Both the position numbers and the translations under genes were made by a program. Of a stretch of DNA of 64,000 bases, positions 38,348-50,879 are shown one piece after another. Numbering within the stretch: the stretch's first letter is position 1; every line of letters begins with the position of its first letter. Under the pieces are notes generated by a model, which was not told where the DNA came from, made no database searches, and saw only the letters and a program-made list of their open reading frames with translations. Origin of the DNA: Octopus sinensis (taxonomy: Eukaryota); the NCBI RefSeq assembly GCF_006345805.1, contig NC_043002.1, forward strand, positions 6,386,001 to 6,450,000, read 5' to 3'.

Positions 38348-38801
38348 GGCGCAGGAGTGGCTGTGTGGTAAGTAGCTTGTTTACCAACCACATGGTTCCG
38401 AGTTCAGTCCCACTGCGTGGCACCTTGGGCAAGTGTCTTCTACTATAGCCTCGGGCCGACCAAAGCCTTGTGAGTGGATTTGGGAGACGGGAAACTGAAA
38501 GAAGCCCGTCCGTCTATATATATATATATATATTATATATATATATATATATTGTATGTTCTATATATGTATATATTATTATATGCGTGTGTGTGTTTGT
38601 GTGTCTGTGTTTGTCCCCCCTAGCATTGCTTGACAACCGATGCTGGTTGTTTTGTTCCCGTTACTTGGCGGTTCGGCAAAAGAGACCGATAGAATAAGTA
38701 CTGGGCTTACAAAAAGAATAAGTCCTGGGGTCGAGTTGCTCCATTAAAAGGCGGTGCTCCAGCATGGCCGCGGTCAGATGACTGAAACAAGTAAAAGAGT
38801 A
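38348..38801 (+). mobile_element. SINE family D, full length
   Basis: GGCGCAGGAGTGGCTGTGTGGTAAG...AGTTCAGTCCC (A/B-box-like), CORE-like motif, internal (TA)/(TG)n, tail GACTGAAACAAGTAAAAGAGT. Confidence 0.92.
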
Positions 38802-39552
38802 TATACAGTAAATTGCTGTCTTTAACGAGATCAAACACAAGTGCACTCGCATGCATTTATATGCGCCCACACACACAGATATTCACATAAAATATAGCCA
38901 TCAAATCTATCAGGCAATGAATTTTTCACTCCAAAAATATTGCTTAATGTCACCTTACTAGAAATGGTTTGTAGATTTTTCTCTGTTTCTTGTCATTATC
39001 TTTGTGATTTAGCTGTTCCAATCGTTTTGTATATTTCCACCCAGCTGAACCATGGTCATGTAGACAGTCCTATAATCAATCATTTCGGCTGTGATTATCT
39101 CGCCTAGCATATCTATGACTGCGTTATGCAATGAGCCTCTGCTTTTTTTTTTGTTGTTGTTCAAGTCAATATAGCGTAATTTAAGGATGGAGCAAGCATT
39201 AAAAAAAAGCTAAGGACAAACTTATTGCGCCGTTTCGAAACAACGATATTAGTTACAAATTAAATATAAATTATTTTATTATTTCAGCAAGTACAGGAGA
39301 CAAGTGCGGACATATTTTGGTCTTAATATGACTCCATCAGCAATATTTAGCAAGGACTTATCATCCTTGCTCAATATTTATTTTCGTCCATCTGTCTTGA
39401 GAGTTTTGTGCCGCTAGAATTTTTATTGCGTTAAAGCTCTAGCTCAGTCGTTAAAAATCCGGTTAGAAGAGCGGTTAAAGTAGGGGAGATAAAACGTTAA
39501 ATAAAAACAATTATGTCGTGAGGAATATACAATATTATTCCAAAATTAACAT

Positions 39553-39935
39553 TCTTTTCTATGGCACAAGGCCCGAAAATTTGTAGGAGGGGGCCAGTCG
39601 ATAAGATCGACCCCCAGTATGCAACTGGTACTTAATTTATCGACCCGAAAGGTGAAAGGAAAAGTCGACATCGGCGGAATTTGAACTCAGAACGTAAAGA
39701 CAGACGAAATACCTATTTTTTACTACCCACAAGGGGCCAAAAGTAGAGGGGACAAACAAGGACAGACGAACGGATTAAGTCGATTATATCGACCCCAGTG
39801 CGTAACTGCTACTTAATTTATCGACCCCGAAAGGATGAAAGGCAAAGTCGACCTCGGCGGAATTTGAACTCAGAACGTAGCGGCAGACGAAATACCGCTC
39901 AGCATTTCGCCCGGCATCTTAACGATTCTGCCAGC
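39553..39935 (-). mobile_element. SINE family C tandem dimer (young tail followed by old tail)
   Basis: One head, two central domains; junction AAAAATAG|GTATTTC. Confidence 0.88.
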
Positions 39936-39973
39936 TCATCGCTTTACCGAAAATTAATACTATCTTTATTATT

Positions 39974-40405
39974 AAGGCGGCGAGTCGGCAGAAAGTTTTG
40001 CGGCGGACAAAATGCTTAGAGGTATTTCTTCCATCTTCGAGTTCTAAGTTCAAATTCCACTGAGGTCGACTTTGCCTTTCATCCTTTCGGGGTCGATTAA
40101 ATAAGAACCAGTTATGCACTGGGGTCGATATAATCGACTTAATCCGTTTGTGTGTCCTTGTTTGTCCTCTCTGTGTTTAGCCCCTTGTGGGAGGCAAAGA
40201 AATAGGTATTTCTTCCGTCTTCGAGTTCTAAGTTCAAATTCCGCCGAGGTCGACTTTGCCTTTCATCCTTTCGGAATCGATATAATAAGTACCAGCTGAA
40301 CACTGAGTTCGATAAAATTAGTACCAGATGAACACTGGAGGTCGATGTAATCGACTTACCCCTTCCCTGAAATTCTTGGCCGTGTGCCAAAATTTGAAAC
40401 CAATA
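39974..40405 (+). mobile_element. SINE family C tandem dimer, head-to-head with the previous one
   Basis: One head; junction AAAGAAATAG|GTATTTC at ~40205; second unit ends in the old tail CCCCTTCCCTGAAATT..GTGCCAAAATTTGAAACC. Confidence 0.88.
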
Positions 40406-40921
40406 TTATCTTAATTATTTCACCGAAACCGGGAGACAACAGAGAATATATTTGAGCTTTATACTGTGATGTACTTACACCCATCTCAGTGATTGCCGAA
40501 GTTATGATTGAAGATTCATTAGATAAATGTACAAGATGTACACCGGAGGAAATTAAAATAGACTAGCATGCCTTCTGGATAGAAAAAATATTAAAACTCC
40601 CATGGTAGATATACGAATACAAATACATTTTTTCTAACATCATCAAATTATAAAGTCTAAACCGTATCTTACTCATCTCAGTTATGAGTACTATCGTTCT
40701 AATTAGAATTTATTACAGTTACTAGGATAAAAGTATAACAAAGGCTACTTTATATTTCAACATCCAACATCAGAATTCTGGAATTATGATGAAAAATATT
40801 TAACGGATTATGGGTTTTAACTAGCCAACAAGGAAGACTCTTCGTATTAGTCGCCGTGCGAGAAATAACTGCCAAATATCTTTCAAATTAAGCCTTAATA
40901 TCTTTGAAAATAAGGGAAGGA

Positions 40922-41070
40922 ACATTATTTACATTATTTACATTTGACTGATATTTGTTCTCATCTTGTTTGTTGTTAACACACGTTTCTGTTGATATAC
41001 CCTCCAGTCTTCTTCAGGTGTCTTGGGGGAAATTTCGAACCTGGGTTCTCATTCCTAAGGTATTTTTCGA

Positions 41071-41116
<46 letters not shown>

Positions 41117-41200
41117 TCTATTGTTCAGGTCACTTCTTGGAATCGAACTCGGAATCTTAGTGTGAGTAGCCCGCGCTCTTAATCACTACACCATATGCCC
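40922..41200 (-). mobile_element. tRNA-headed SINE-like element (family H) with a hammerhead-ribozyme-like motif
   Basis: A box TGGTGTAGTGA (41183-41193), B box GAGTTCGATTCC (41139-41150), (AAT)n linker, CTGAAGA...GAAACGT motif, 3' tandem (AAATAATGT) tail. Confidence 0.7.
40978..41022 (-). ncRNA. Minimal type I hammerhead ribozyme motif (probably decayed)
   Basis: GACAC CTGAAGA AGACTG-GAGGGTATAT-CAACA GAAAC GT GTGTT: canonical core, ACGT palindromic stem III, 5-bp stem I. Stem II is weak and nucleotide 17 is missing. Confidence 0.6.
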
Positions 41201-41239
41201 GTGGGCATATGATGTAGTGGGCATATGGGGTATTGGCAC

Positions 41240-42055
41240 GAAGACCAGCGTGCCAAGTCAGACTCAGCAGTGACCTGTCAGTGATCTTTTTGATCACCAC
41301 TTTCTTCAGTATAATGCTGAAGTAGGCCACAGAAAATCTTGCTGATGAAGGCGGAATCTACATCAGATACCGATTTGGTGGCAGCCTGTTTAATCTCCGA
41401 TAAGTACAAACACACACGAAAACCCAGGAAAGACTTATCTCAGACATCCTCTTTGCTGACCATGCTGTCCTCGCTGCCCACACATAAAGAGCCTTCACTT
41501 CCGCCACCGTAGAAGTGCCCAGCTTTTGGGGCTTGAAGTCAGTCTAAAGAAGACGGAGGAACTCCACCAGCCTGAAGCGTACGATCATATCCACATCACC
41601 ATTGGCAAGACTGAATTAAAAATGGTCCATCGGTTCACCTACTTCAGAGCCTAGATCTCCCTTACTTATGATGCCAAAATCAACAGAAAATTCGACAACA
41701 GATTAGTATAGGCAACCGGTGCTTTTGGTAGACTGCATAAACAACAGTTTGAGAGAGAAAACACCCGAAAAAGAGCACTAATATCAGCCTATGGAACAAC
41801 AGATACCTGAAAAAGGACACCAAAACCGGCGTGTACAGAACCACTGTCCTTAGTACCCTCTTATATGGCTCAGAGTCGTGAGTTACTTATCTCCCTTATC
41901 TACGATTCCTCTATAGCTTCCACCAGCGCTCCTCCGCACCATTCTCAACGTCCACTGGAGTGATTTCGTCTCTAATGTTGAAGTCGTTCAGCAAGCAGTG
42001 GTCAGCAGTATCGAGGCCATGCTGCTGAAGTCAGTTCACACTGTACAGCAAACTA
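41240..42055 (+). mobile_element. RTE-BovB-like LINE reverse-transcriptase fragment, decayed
   Basis: GIYIRYRFGGSLFNLR, ILFADHA (RT motif), LGLEVSLKKTE, GAFGRL, VYRTTVLSTLLYGSES, FHQR..TILNVHWSDFVSNVEV. Confidence 0.9.
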
Positions 42056-42325
42056 TTCAGTCGCTCTTAATATATATATATATATATATAAGAATGTTTA
42101 GCGTAATAAGATAAAAAACCAGCTATAAATAATAACATGTATATAAAATACTGAATTAAGAGAACTCCTTGAATAAAAAGAAAAAAAGAAAAAAGGCTGC
42201 TCATCAGAGATTGCCAGAAGCCTTCAACGTTTTCATGTCCAAGGATTTATTTCAATCCAATATTTTATGCACAAGGTAGGTTTTATAGCTTAACCCACTT
42301 TGAGATCTACCGTTCAAACTATATG

Positions 42326-42345
42326 GATCTATCTATCTATCTATA

Positions 42346-42441
<96 letters not shown>

Positions 42442-42515
42442 CCTACCTACCTACCTGTCTGTCTGTCTATCTATCTATCTACCCATCTATCTACCTATCT
42501 ACCTATCTATCTACA
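42326..42515. repeat. (TATC)n microsatellite
   Basis: Direct reading. Confidence 0.95.
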
Positions 42516-43152
42516 CACACACACACACATACACACACACACATACTGACAAGCAAACAGAAAGCTAGACTAATGGAGCCGACGTATGTCTAGTATCTTA
42601 GAGGCCGTAGTTTTAACTTGATATGTAATTTTCTATCCACGCTGTGTACAATAGATGGGCGTACTCACTATAACTACTTTGTATTTAGTTCATACAGATC
42701 CGATAGAGAGATAACTTTGCCAATATGCTTGAGTGTGTGTATGTGTGTGTGTGTACGTATGTGTGTATGTATGTACGTATGTATGTGTGTGTATGTAATT
42801 TCCATGTATGTTTGTGTTTACGTATTTATGGATATATATGTGTGTATATTTCAATTGGCAATACTCTATCTGTTTATCGGATCTACATTAACTTAGTGCA
42901 GAGTGGTCTCACTGATCCACTCGTATGTCGTCTGTCGGCTCCATTATGAGTGTACTTTTCATCTGAGTGCAGAGAATATCAGGGAAATTTTGAAATTGTA
43001 CCTTTACATATTTAGACAAATCATAAATGAAAATCCAATCAAAAAAGTGTAAAGGAAAGAAAATATGACAGAGAGAGATTGGGGGGGGAGATGCCAGAAA
43101 TAGAGAAAGAAAGCGACCAGTTATCAGTTGCTTTGAAGCAATCCATAATATC

Positions 43153-43386
43153 GAAGGCGGTGAGCTAGCAGAAACGTTAGCACGCCAGGCGAAATGCTTA
43201 GCAGTATTTCGTCTGCCGCTACGTTCTGAGTTCAAATTCCGCCGGGGTCGACTTTGCCTTTCATTCTTTCGGGGTCGATTAAACAAGTAGCAGTTACGCA
43301 CTGGGGTCGATATAATCGACTGAATCCGTTTGTCTGTGCTTGTTTCTCCTCTCTGTGTTTAGCCCCTTGTGGGTAGTAAAGAAACA
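43153..43386 (+). mobile_element. SINE family C, full length with 19-bp TSD
   Basis: TSD TGAAGCAATCCATAATATC at 43134-43152 and 43387-43405. Confidence 0.95.
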
Positions 43387-43605
43387 TGAAGCAATCCATA
43401 ATATCATACACAATATACAATATAAAACTGGACGCACCAATGAGAAAACTTATACGCAGTCACTTAACATACAGGATATAGTAGCGAAGTCACCCTACGA
43501 CATGAAAAAGACAATATGTTTATGAGTGGAACACTGTCTGTGGGTTTGCTCTGTAGAAGGCGAGAAATGGTTATCTTTGTTATGTACATACAAAAAGCAC
43601 ATTTA

Positions 43606-43783
43606 CCGTATTTTAACGTGTATAAGGAATGTGTGTATAAGGAAGCCCCTAAAATGTTTGGGCCTTAAAATTTGGGAAAATGTTTTGTACGGGATTATAA
43701 TACTATCCATGTATAAGTAACTCCCATATTTTTTAACCTAATTTTTTTACATAAAAGGGTTCCTTATACACGTTAAAATACGG
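43606..43783. mobile_element. Tc1/mariner-superfamily MITE (Tc2/pogo-like CCGTATTT termini), TA TSD
   Basis: TA|CCGTATTTTAACGTGTATAAGG ... CCTTATACACGTTAAAATACGG|TA. Confidence 0.85.
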
Positions 43784-43808
43784 TATATATTTTTTGTAGA
43801 TTTTTAAA

Positions 43809-43996
43809 GTGTATAAGGAACCTGTGTGTATAAGGAAGCCCCTAAAATGTTTGGGGCTTAAAATTTGGAAAAATGTTTGTACGGGATTATAATACTATCT
43901 ATGTATAAGTAACTCCCATATTTTTTAACCTAATTTTTTACATAAAAGGGTTCCTTATACACGTTAAAATACGGTATATATTTTTTGTAGATTTTA
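43809..43996. repeat. Tandem duplicate of 43618-43806
   Basis: Near-identical copy of most of the MITE plus its right flank. Confidence 0.9.
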
Positions 43997-44594
43997 AGAA
44001 TTGTTTTATTAGAATTAGAAAGATTGGGTGCACTCAGAGATTTTCTGCCTTCCGAAACATGATTTCAATTCAGTCAAAGTTACACTGATTGGTTTCAATG
44101 TGTGTATTAAAGCTACGACTCTTCAAGTCTTCAAAGAGAATTAAGATTAATCGTGAATTAAAAATAATCTATACTAGACGAATATTAATTATATTTTTAT
44201 TCACTTTGTGTGAATACTGCGCATGTATGTGTATGTGAAAGTCCCATAAATTATTAGATACAAGTGAGTTAAAAGTAATACCATTTAACGATTGCTCATT
44301 ATGTATGGTGCTCATCATGAGCAAGGTAATTAGGCGGAACACACTTCCTGTGTTAGCCAAACTCGCCGAACGATTCGAATTCAGTTCTGCCAGCAATGGA
44401 AATTGCGAGATGTACGTTGTATCGCAGCTTCCAGTGATCTGTAGCGACACATTCGCCTCTTATTCATTGCTTGTAACAACTGAACTTCTGGAGGGATTTT
44501 GGATTTGGCCTGGTCGCTGATATGACCAAATATATTGTCTAGATAAGAAGCAGTGGCTGGTACAGCGGTCGTAGCACTATCGTCTGTCGCTTAC

Positions 44595-44624
44595 CACAAA
44601 ACACAACATCCGAAACAATTGTCC
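44595..44624 (-). CDS. Candidate 30-nt exon (GQLFRMLCFV or TIVSDVVFC), gene unknown
   Basis: Acceptor CACTTATTTTATTGTAG and donor GTG|GTAAGC; open in two frames; non-repetitive GC-richer context. Confidence 0.25.
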
Positions 44625-44775
44625 CTACAATAAAATAAGTGAATGTACATAGACCCTCACATATTTATAGTCTCGTAGCAAACTTCGCAATTTCTTTCAC
44701 GTAAATTACACCAAGAAATCATTTGTAATATCGATGATTATGATGATGATAACGATGATGAGGATACATGTGATG

Positions 44776-45400
44776 ATGGTACGACCTCACCTGGAATTTG
44801 CATCACCGGTCTGGAACCCCTATCTTGCCCAGGATATTAATCGTCTGGAAGCCGTTCAGCGACGTGCAACCAAGAGAATACCCTCCATCAGGCATTTGCC
44901 ATATTCTGAACGCCTTACTTCCCTGGGCACGGACACATTGAAACTCCGACGTCTGGCAGCTGACTTGGCAGACACCTATAAAATTATTAACCATCTTACA
45001 AACAATAAATCTGAGTACCTTTTCAAACTCCATCTGTCTAACACCCGTGGACATGTTTATAAAGTCAGAAAACAGCACAGCTCCCATGACTTTCGGAAAC
45101 ATTTTTTCACGCTAAGAGTTGCTGAAGCATGGAACAAACTGCCGGCATCAGTTGTTAGTTGTCGGAGCACTGCATCCTTCAAAACTTCCATGCTTCCTGA
45201 GATTCGCCAACACTACACCTGATCTTTCTCCCCTCCATACACACGCAAGTATGTATCTGACTCATACACTGTTCATTTCCCAGACATATGTACGTTACTG
45301 CATATGCTTTATACGCACTTTCTGACAAGTTGTGGTGCACCTGAGCACTGTATACAATAATTTCATTATTATTATTATTATTATTATTGTTATTATTATT
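44776..45400 (+). mobile_element. CR1-clade LINE, 5'-truncated, open reading frame retained to the stop codon
   Basis: MVRPHLEFASPVWNPYLAQDINRLEAVQRRATK...NTRGHVYK...RKHFFTLRVAEAWNKLP...; stop at 45220-45222, 3' UTR, (TTA)n tail. Confidence 0.93.
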
Positions 45401-45975
45401 TTGGTGGATTTAATCACGATAGTATCGTTTATTTGCCACAAGCACAGCAATAACATGCTTACAATATAATGCAATATTTACGAAGTAACGCAATACGAAA
45501 AAAATATCTAAAAAAAAAGCCTTTATACCAGGGTGTGTATATCTATAAAACATTCAAGCCTAAGATATGTGCAGTTAATACACCCACACTCTCTCTCTAT
45601 CTCACATACACACACATACGCATGCGCACTCTCTCTTTCACACACACACAAACACACACGAAAACACAATCTCACATACCCACAAATAAACACACACAGG
45701 CGTGTGTGTGTGAGTGTGTGTGTGTGTGTGTTTGTGTAGTTTACGAGAGATAGACAATCAATGTGTATCTGTGCGTGTGCGCCTGTGTTAGATATAAAAG
45801 TATATTTATGTATTTATAACGTAGGAGCTCCCCTGATTATTAATCTAATTACTCTATACACACATATATATATATATAACGTAAGTGCAATATATGTGTG
45901 TGTGTGTTACACATATATATATATATGCACACATGTTTAATACTAGTATAATAAACGATAATAATAATAAGAAGA

Positions 45976-46013
<38 letters not shown>

Positions 46014-46492
46014 AATAAGGATATTTTTTTTATTTATTTATTAATAGTACTAACTATTTTCCTTTTATCGTTGATTATTTCTGTTGATAAAGTGGATGGA
46101 ATACATACATATATATATATATATATATATCGATGTAAAACTACAAAACACAAGAAAATAGAAGGCATGAAAGCAAACAAAAAATGAAAGAAACAAAGAA
46201 AGAGAGAAAGAAGGAAGGAAAGAAGGGAAGAAAAGGGGAAGAAAATAAGCGTTTAGGAAGAAAGGCAGGCGGAGAAGAAAGAATTATAAAAAGAGAAAAG
46301 AAACAAAGAAATTAACTAACGATAGAAAGTAAAGTAATAAAAAAACACAAAACAGAAAGGAAAGCAAAATTATTCGAGATGAATTGGTCAATGGAGGCGT
46401 CTGTATGTCGCGTTGATATACAAAGTCAAATAGAGAAGTTACCGCGTGGGAATTAATCTGCGGGTTTATTTTTAAGAATTGGGTGGTAATTT

Positions 46493-46528
<36 letters not shown>

Positions 46529-46773
46529 GCTTGTGGCTTTCTCCTACTCTCTTCCTTTCTTTCTTTCTCTCTTCCCCTCTCTCTTTCCCTTCAAACACAT
46601 TTTTCTGCTTGTGTTTTTACGTGTATGTGCACGTACATATGTATGTAAATATATATATGAATATATATGTATACTCAAATATGTTGGTGTATAAATATGC
46701 AGATATATTTACGCATGCATATACACTTTATACTTACTCATAACACACACACACACACACAGATATATATATT

Positions 46774-46990
46774 AGGCGGCGAGCTGGCAGAAACGGTAGC
46801 ACGCCGGGCGAAATGCGTAGCCGTATTTCGTCTGCCGTTACATTCTGAGTTCAAATTCCGCCGAGGTTGACTTTGCCTTTCATCATTTCGGGGTCGATAA
46901 ATTAAGTACCAGTTACGCACTGGGGTCGATGGAATCGACTTAATCGCTTTGTCTGTCCTTGTTTGTCTCCTCTGTGGGTAGTAAAGAAAT
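46774..46990 (+). mobile_element. SINE family C, full length with a small 3' deletion
   Basis: GGCGGCGAGCTGGCAGAAAC...GTAGTAAAGAAAT. Confidence 0.92.
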
Positions 46991-46998
46991 ATATATAT

Positions 46999-47206
46999 AC
47001 TCTTTTACTTGTTTCAGTCATTTGACTGCGGCCATGCTGGAGCACCGCCTTTAGTCGAGCAAATCGACTCCGGGACTTATTCTTTGTAAGCCCAGTACTT
47101 ATTCTATCGGACTCTTTTGCCGAACCGCTAAGTGACGGGGACGTAAACACACCAGCATCGGTTGTCAAGCAATGCTAGGGGGACAAACACAGACACACAA
47201 ACACAG

Positions 47207-47237
<31 letters not shown>

Positions 47238-47407
47238 CATATATACGTATATACGACAGGCTTCTTTCAGTTTCCGTCTACCAAATCAACTCACAAGGCA
47301 TTGGTCGGCCCGGGCTATAGCACAAGACACTTACCCAAGATGCACGCAGTGGGACTGAACCCGGAACCATGTGGTTGGTTAGCAAGCTACTTACACACAG
47401 CCACTTC
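46999..47407 (-). mobile_element. SINE family D, full length
   Basis: Near-identical to 2209-2673. Confidence 0.92.
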
Positions 47408-47492
47408 TCCTATATAATATATATATATAGATATATTATATATATATATGTGTGTAAATATATAATATATATATATATTAATATTATATGTA

Positions 47493-47545
<53 letters not shown>

Positions 47546-47614
47546 TATAATATAAATATATACATGTAAATATATACGTATATACGCATATGTATATATC
47601 TTTCGTTTAGACTT

Positions 47615-47791
47615 TCAAATAGATTGCGACCATGCTGGGGCACCGTCCTGAAGAATTTTAGTCAAGCGAATTGACCCTAGTACTCACGGTTTTACTAAAC
47701 CTGGTACATATTCTCTCGGTTTCTTTGGCCTAACCGCAAGGTTATGGTGACGTAAGCACGCCAACGCCGATCGTCAAGTGGTGTTGGAAGA

Positions 47792-47825
<34 letters not shown>

Positions 47826-48198
47826 ACACACACACGCACACGCACACACAAAGATAAATTGAAAATTTAGAACAGGGAAAACCAACAAAAGTCAAGTGGT
47901 CGAACTCTGTAAATATATCAGACTGACACTTAGTGAAAGCTTTAAAAGGGAAAAATAGGCGTGGAAATGACGTTTCGTGCATAGATTCTCGTCGGAAAGA
48001 GGAACAAATCCAAAGGGGAGGAAGGAGCAGATAACCCACGACAGGTTTCTTTCAGTTTCCATCAACCAAGATCATTCACAAGGTTTTGGTCGGCCCGAGG
48101 CTATAGCAGAAAACATCCGGCCAAGGGGTGCCACGCAGTGGGACTGAACCCTAAATCATACACCTGATGAGAAGCAAACCGCTTACTACACAGCCACG
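47615..48198 (-). mobile_element. Old SINE family D split into a 3' part (47615-47795) and a 5' part (48040-48198)
   Basis: Diverged matches to both halves, separated by (CA)n and ~200 bp of unrelated sequence. Confidence 0.6.
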
Positions 48199-48404
48199 GG
48201 TGTACCGATATAAATATATATGTATAGTCCGTTTCCTTGTTTGGTTTTATGTTTTCGTTTCTCGTTGAGTTCTACGTTTATTTGTAGTGTCCTGTACTCA
48301 TACATGCATGTATATATACATATAGATGTAGGTATGTACATATATGTATGTATGTATGCATATGTTTTATTTATTAATTGTTTTATATATATTATATTTA
48401 TATG

Positions 48405-48538
48405 TAGAAAATACAAACTGGGACAAGAATGTAAAACATTTAGAAGACGATACAAAAAACACGGACGGGACATTCGAAGCCTTCAATCTTCAGTCAAGAA
48501 CCGCGATCATCCTCGCAATTTCGGCTGATTAATCTTGA
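48405..48538. mobile_element. Family E repeat, truncated
   Basis: AAATACAAACTGGGACAAG...CCTCGCAATTTCGGCTGATTAATCTTG followed by (TA)n. Confidence 0.75.
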
Positions 48539-48625
48539 TATTATATATATATATATATATACATATTTGTGAATATGTATGTATATATATTTATCTGTCT
48601 GTCTCTCTATGTACCTATCTATAGT

Positions 48626-48657
<32 letters not shown>

Positions 48658-49213
48658 ATATATATGGTGTGTGTGTGTGTGGGTGTGTGTGTGTAACTAT
48701 AGATAGATAGATAAAAAGGTACATATGTACATACACATTCACAAACAGACCGACAGGCATATTCACTTAAAACAGTGCATTAAATATGCTGACATATTTA
48801 CCTACCTACAGTCACATACAACCACACACACACACACACACATTCACATTCACATTCACATACACGCACACAAGAATATTTACATACACAGTAGCGCACA
48901 TGTTTTAACATACAAAAATATCAACCCATTCGCTCCTTAAATGATCACCCGTTTAATATTTACAACAGTGAGAGGGGCAAGCGTGCGAGAGAGAGAGAGA
49001 ATACTTCCAGAAGCGGAAAGAGAGAGAAAAAGAGAGACGGAGAAGTAGAAGGAAGCAAACCAATGACGTCGATTGTGGTAATAGCAAAAAATTATGATTA
49101 TTTCTAATTGACACAAGGCCACACATTTTGAGGAATGGTTAAAACTAAGAGTTTAATCCCATCGCAGTCAAGGCCATTCCCACACATAGACACGCACACA
49201 CACACACATACAT

Positions 49214-49598
49214 GTGGAAGCACTCCGTCGGTTACTACGACGAGGGTTCCGGTTCATCCGAATCAACGGAACAGCCTGCTCGTGAAATTAACGTGTAAGT
49301 GGCTGAGCACTCCACAGACACGTGTACCCTTAACGTAGTTCTCGGGGATATTCAGCGTGACACAGAGAGTGACAAGGCCGGCCCCTTGAAATACAGGTAC
49401 AACAGAAACAGGAAGTAAGAGTGAGAGAAAGTTGTGGTGAAAGAGTACAGCAGGGATCACCATCATTCCCTGCCGGAGCCTCGTGGAGCTTTAAGGTGTT
49501 TTCGCTCAATAAACACTCACAACGCCCGGTCTGGGAATCGAAACCGCGATCTTATGACCGCGAGTTCACTGCCCTAACCACTGGGCCATTGCGCCTCC
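49214..49598 (-). mobile_element. SINE family A, tail type 1, full length
   Basis: Near-identical to 135-528. Confidence 0.93.
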
Positions 49599-50643
49599 AA
49601 CACACACACAGTACTTGATTAGTGCTTATTTTACCGAACTCAAGAAGATGGAAAGTTATGTTGTTTTTCTTGTTGTTCCCTAGCGTCAGGTCAGCCTGAT
49701 CGAGCAGAGTTATGATCAAAAGTATATTAGCTATGAATGTCACGTTCTTTTGTATACCTAGAACCACATTGTTGAAGGGATTCTTTCATTTTTGTGAAAA
49801 AAAAAATGTTAAACGAAAAAGGAGCGGCGTGCAACAAGTCGAACAACAACGTAGAGGCTCTTTTTGCCGTTGAGTTGTTTAGGCCCAGTTCAAACTTTGA
49901 TGAGTAAACTTTTGACCAAAGAAAGGCGCTCCAGCAATTATAATTCCGTTTATTTCATATGTACTGGAAACCTAGGACCATATCTTCTAACGTGACCTTT
50001 TCGAATTTAGCGAATTTAGGAAGATTTCAACGTTACTTTTAGAATGTAGAGTAATAACGTTTAAGCTTTCGGCTAACCTTATAGGTAGAAATGCGAAACT
50101 TTTAATCCTGGCAGAAAGGCTTTCCTCTCGTACATTAAGTAAATGGGCTTCACGTCAGTTTCGATAAGTAGACTAATATTTTGGTTAGGGTAGCTAACTT
50201 TCTATAATGCACGTGGTTGAGTGTAACTATTAACATAATTCTCAGATACAATCTGTGTGACAGTGTAGCGTTTTCTATTTTAATTACATCCTATCTGCAT
50301 AAATTAACTCTTAGTCTCAGGTCTGATCCGAGGTTATAAGTTAAGGCATTTTTGTCATGAAGAGACTCGATTGGTGGATAAAACCTTAATGCAGAAGTGG
50401 GCTCACAAACATTAATATGTCTCATAAGTTTAAACCCGAATCTTTCCATTATGAACCAAATTTGTCATGCAAAGAGACTACGAAGCGTTTATCCGGCACT
50501 GTACTAATTCTGATGAACCTACATTAGCAGAAAGTTACGAGAATTTGAGAACAGATTAAAATCAACGCTGATATATGAATGCACTTACTCCGATAGAATA
50601 AGGAAATGGATAATGTTAATGGAGACTTTGTGGATGAGACTGT

Positions 50644-50721
<78 letters not shown>

Positions 50722-50740
50722 AGGGGCAGCAATAAGAGTG

Positions 50741-50879
50741 AAGCACTTAGAGAAAACAGCACTGCTTGGAACCGAATACTTCAGAAGGTGCCCGAAAAAT
50801 AAGAGGTGTTACCTTAGTTCACTGGTAGTGAACAGCTGACACCGTAATACATCTCCAGCTTTAGAAGCTGTGCAAAGGC

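Noticed and set aside
49005-49080. CCAAT next to TGACGTC and CGGAA motifs as a promoter
   Set aside because: Short motifs expected by chance; no linked transcript or CpG island evidence.
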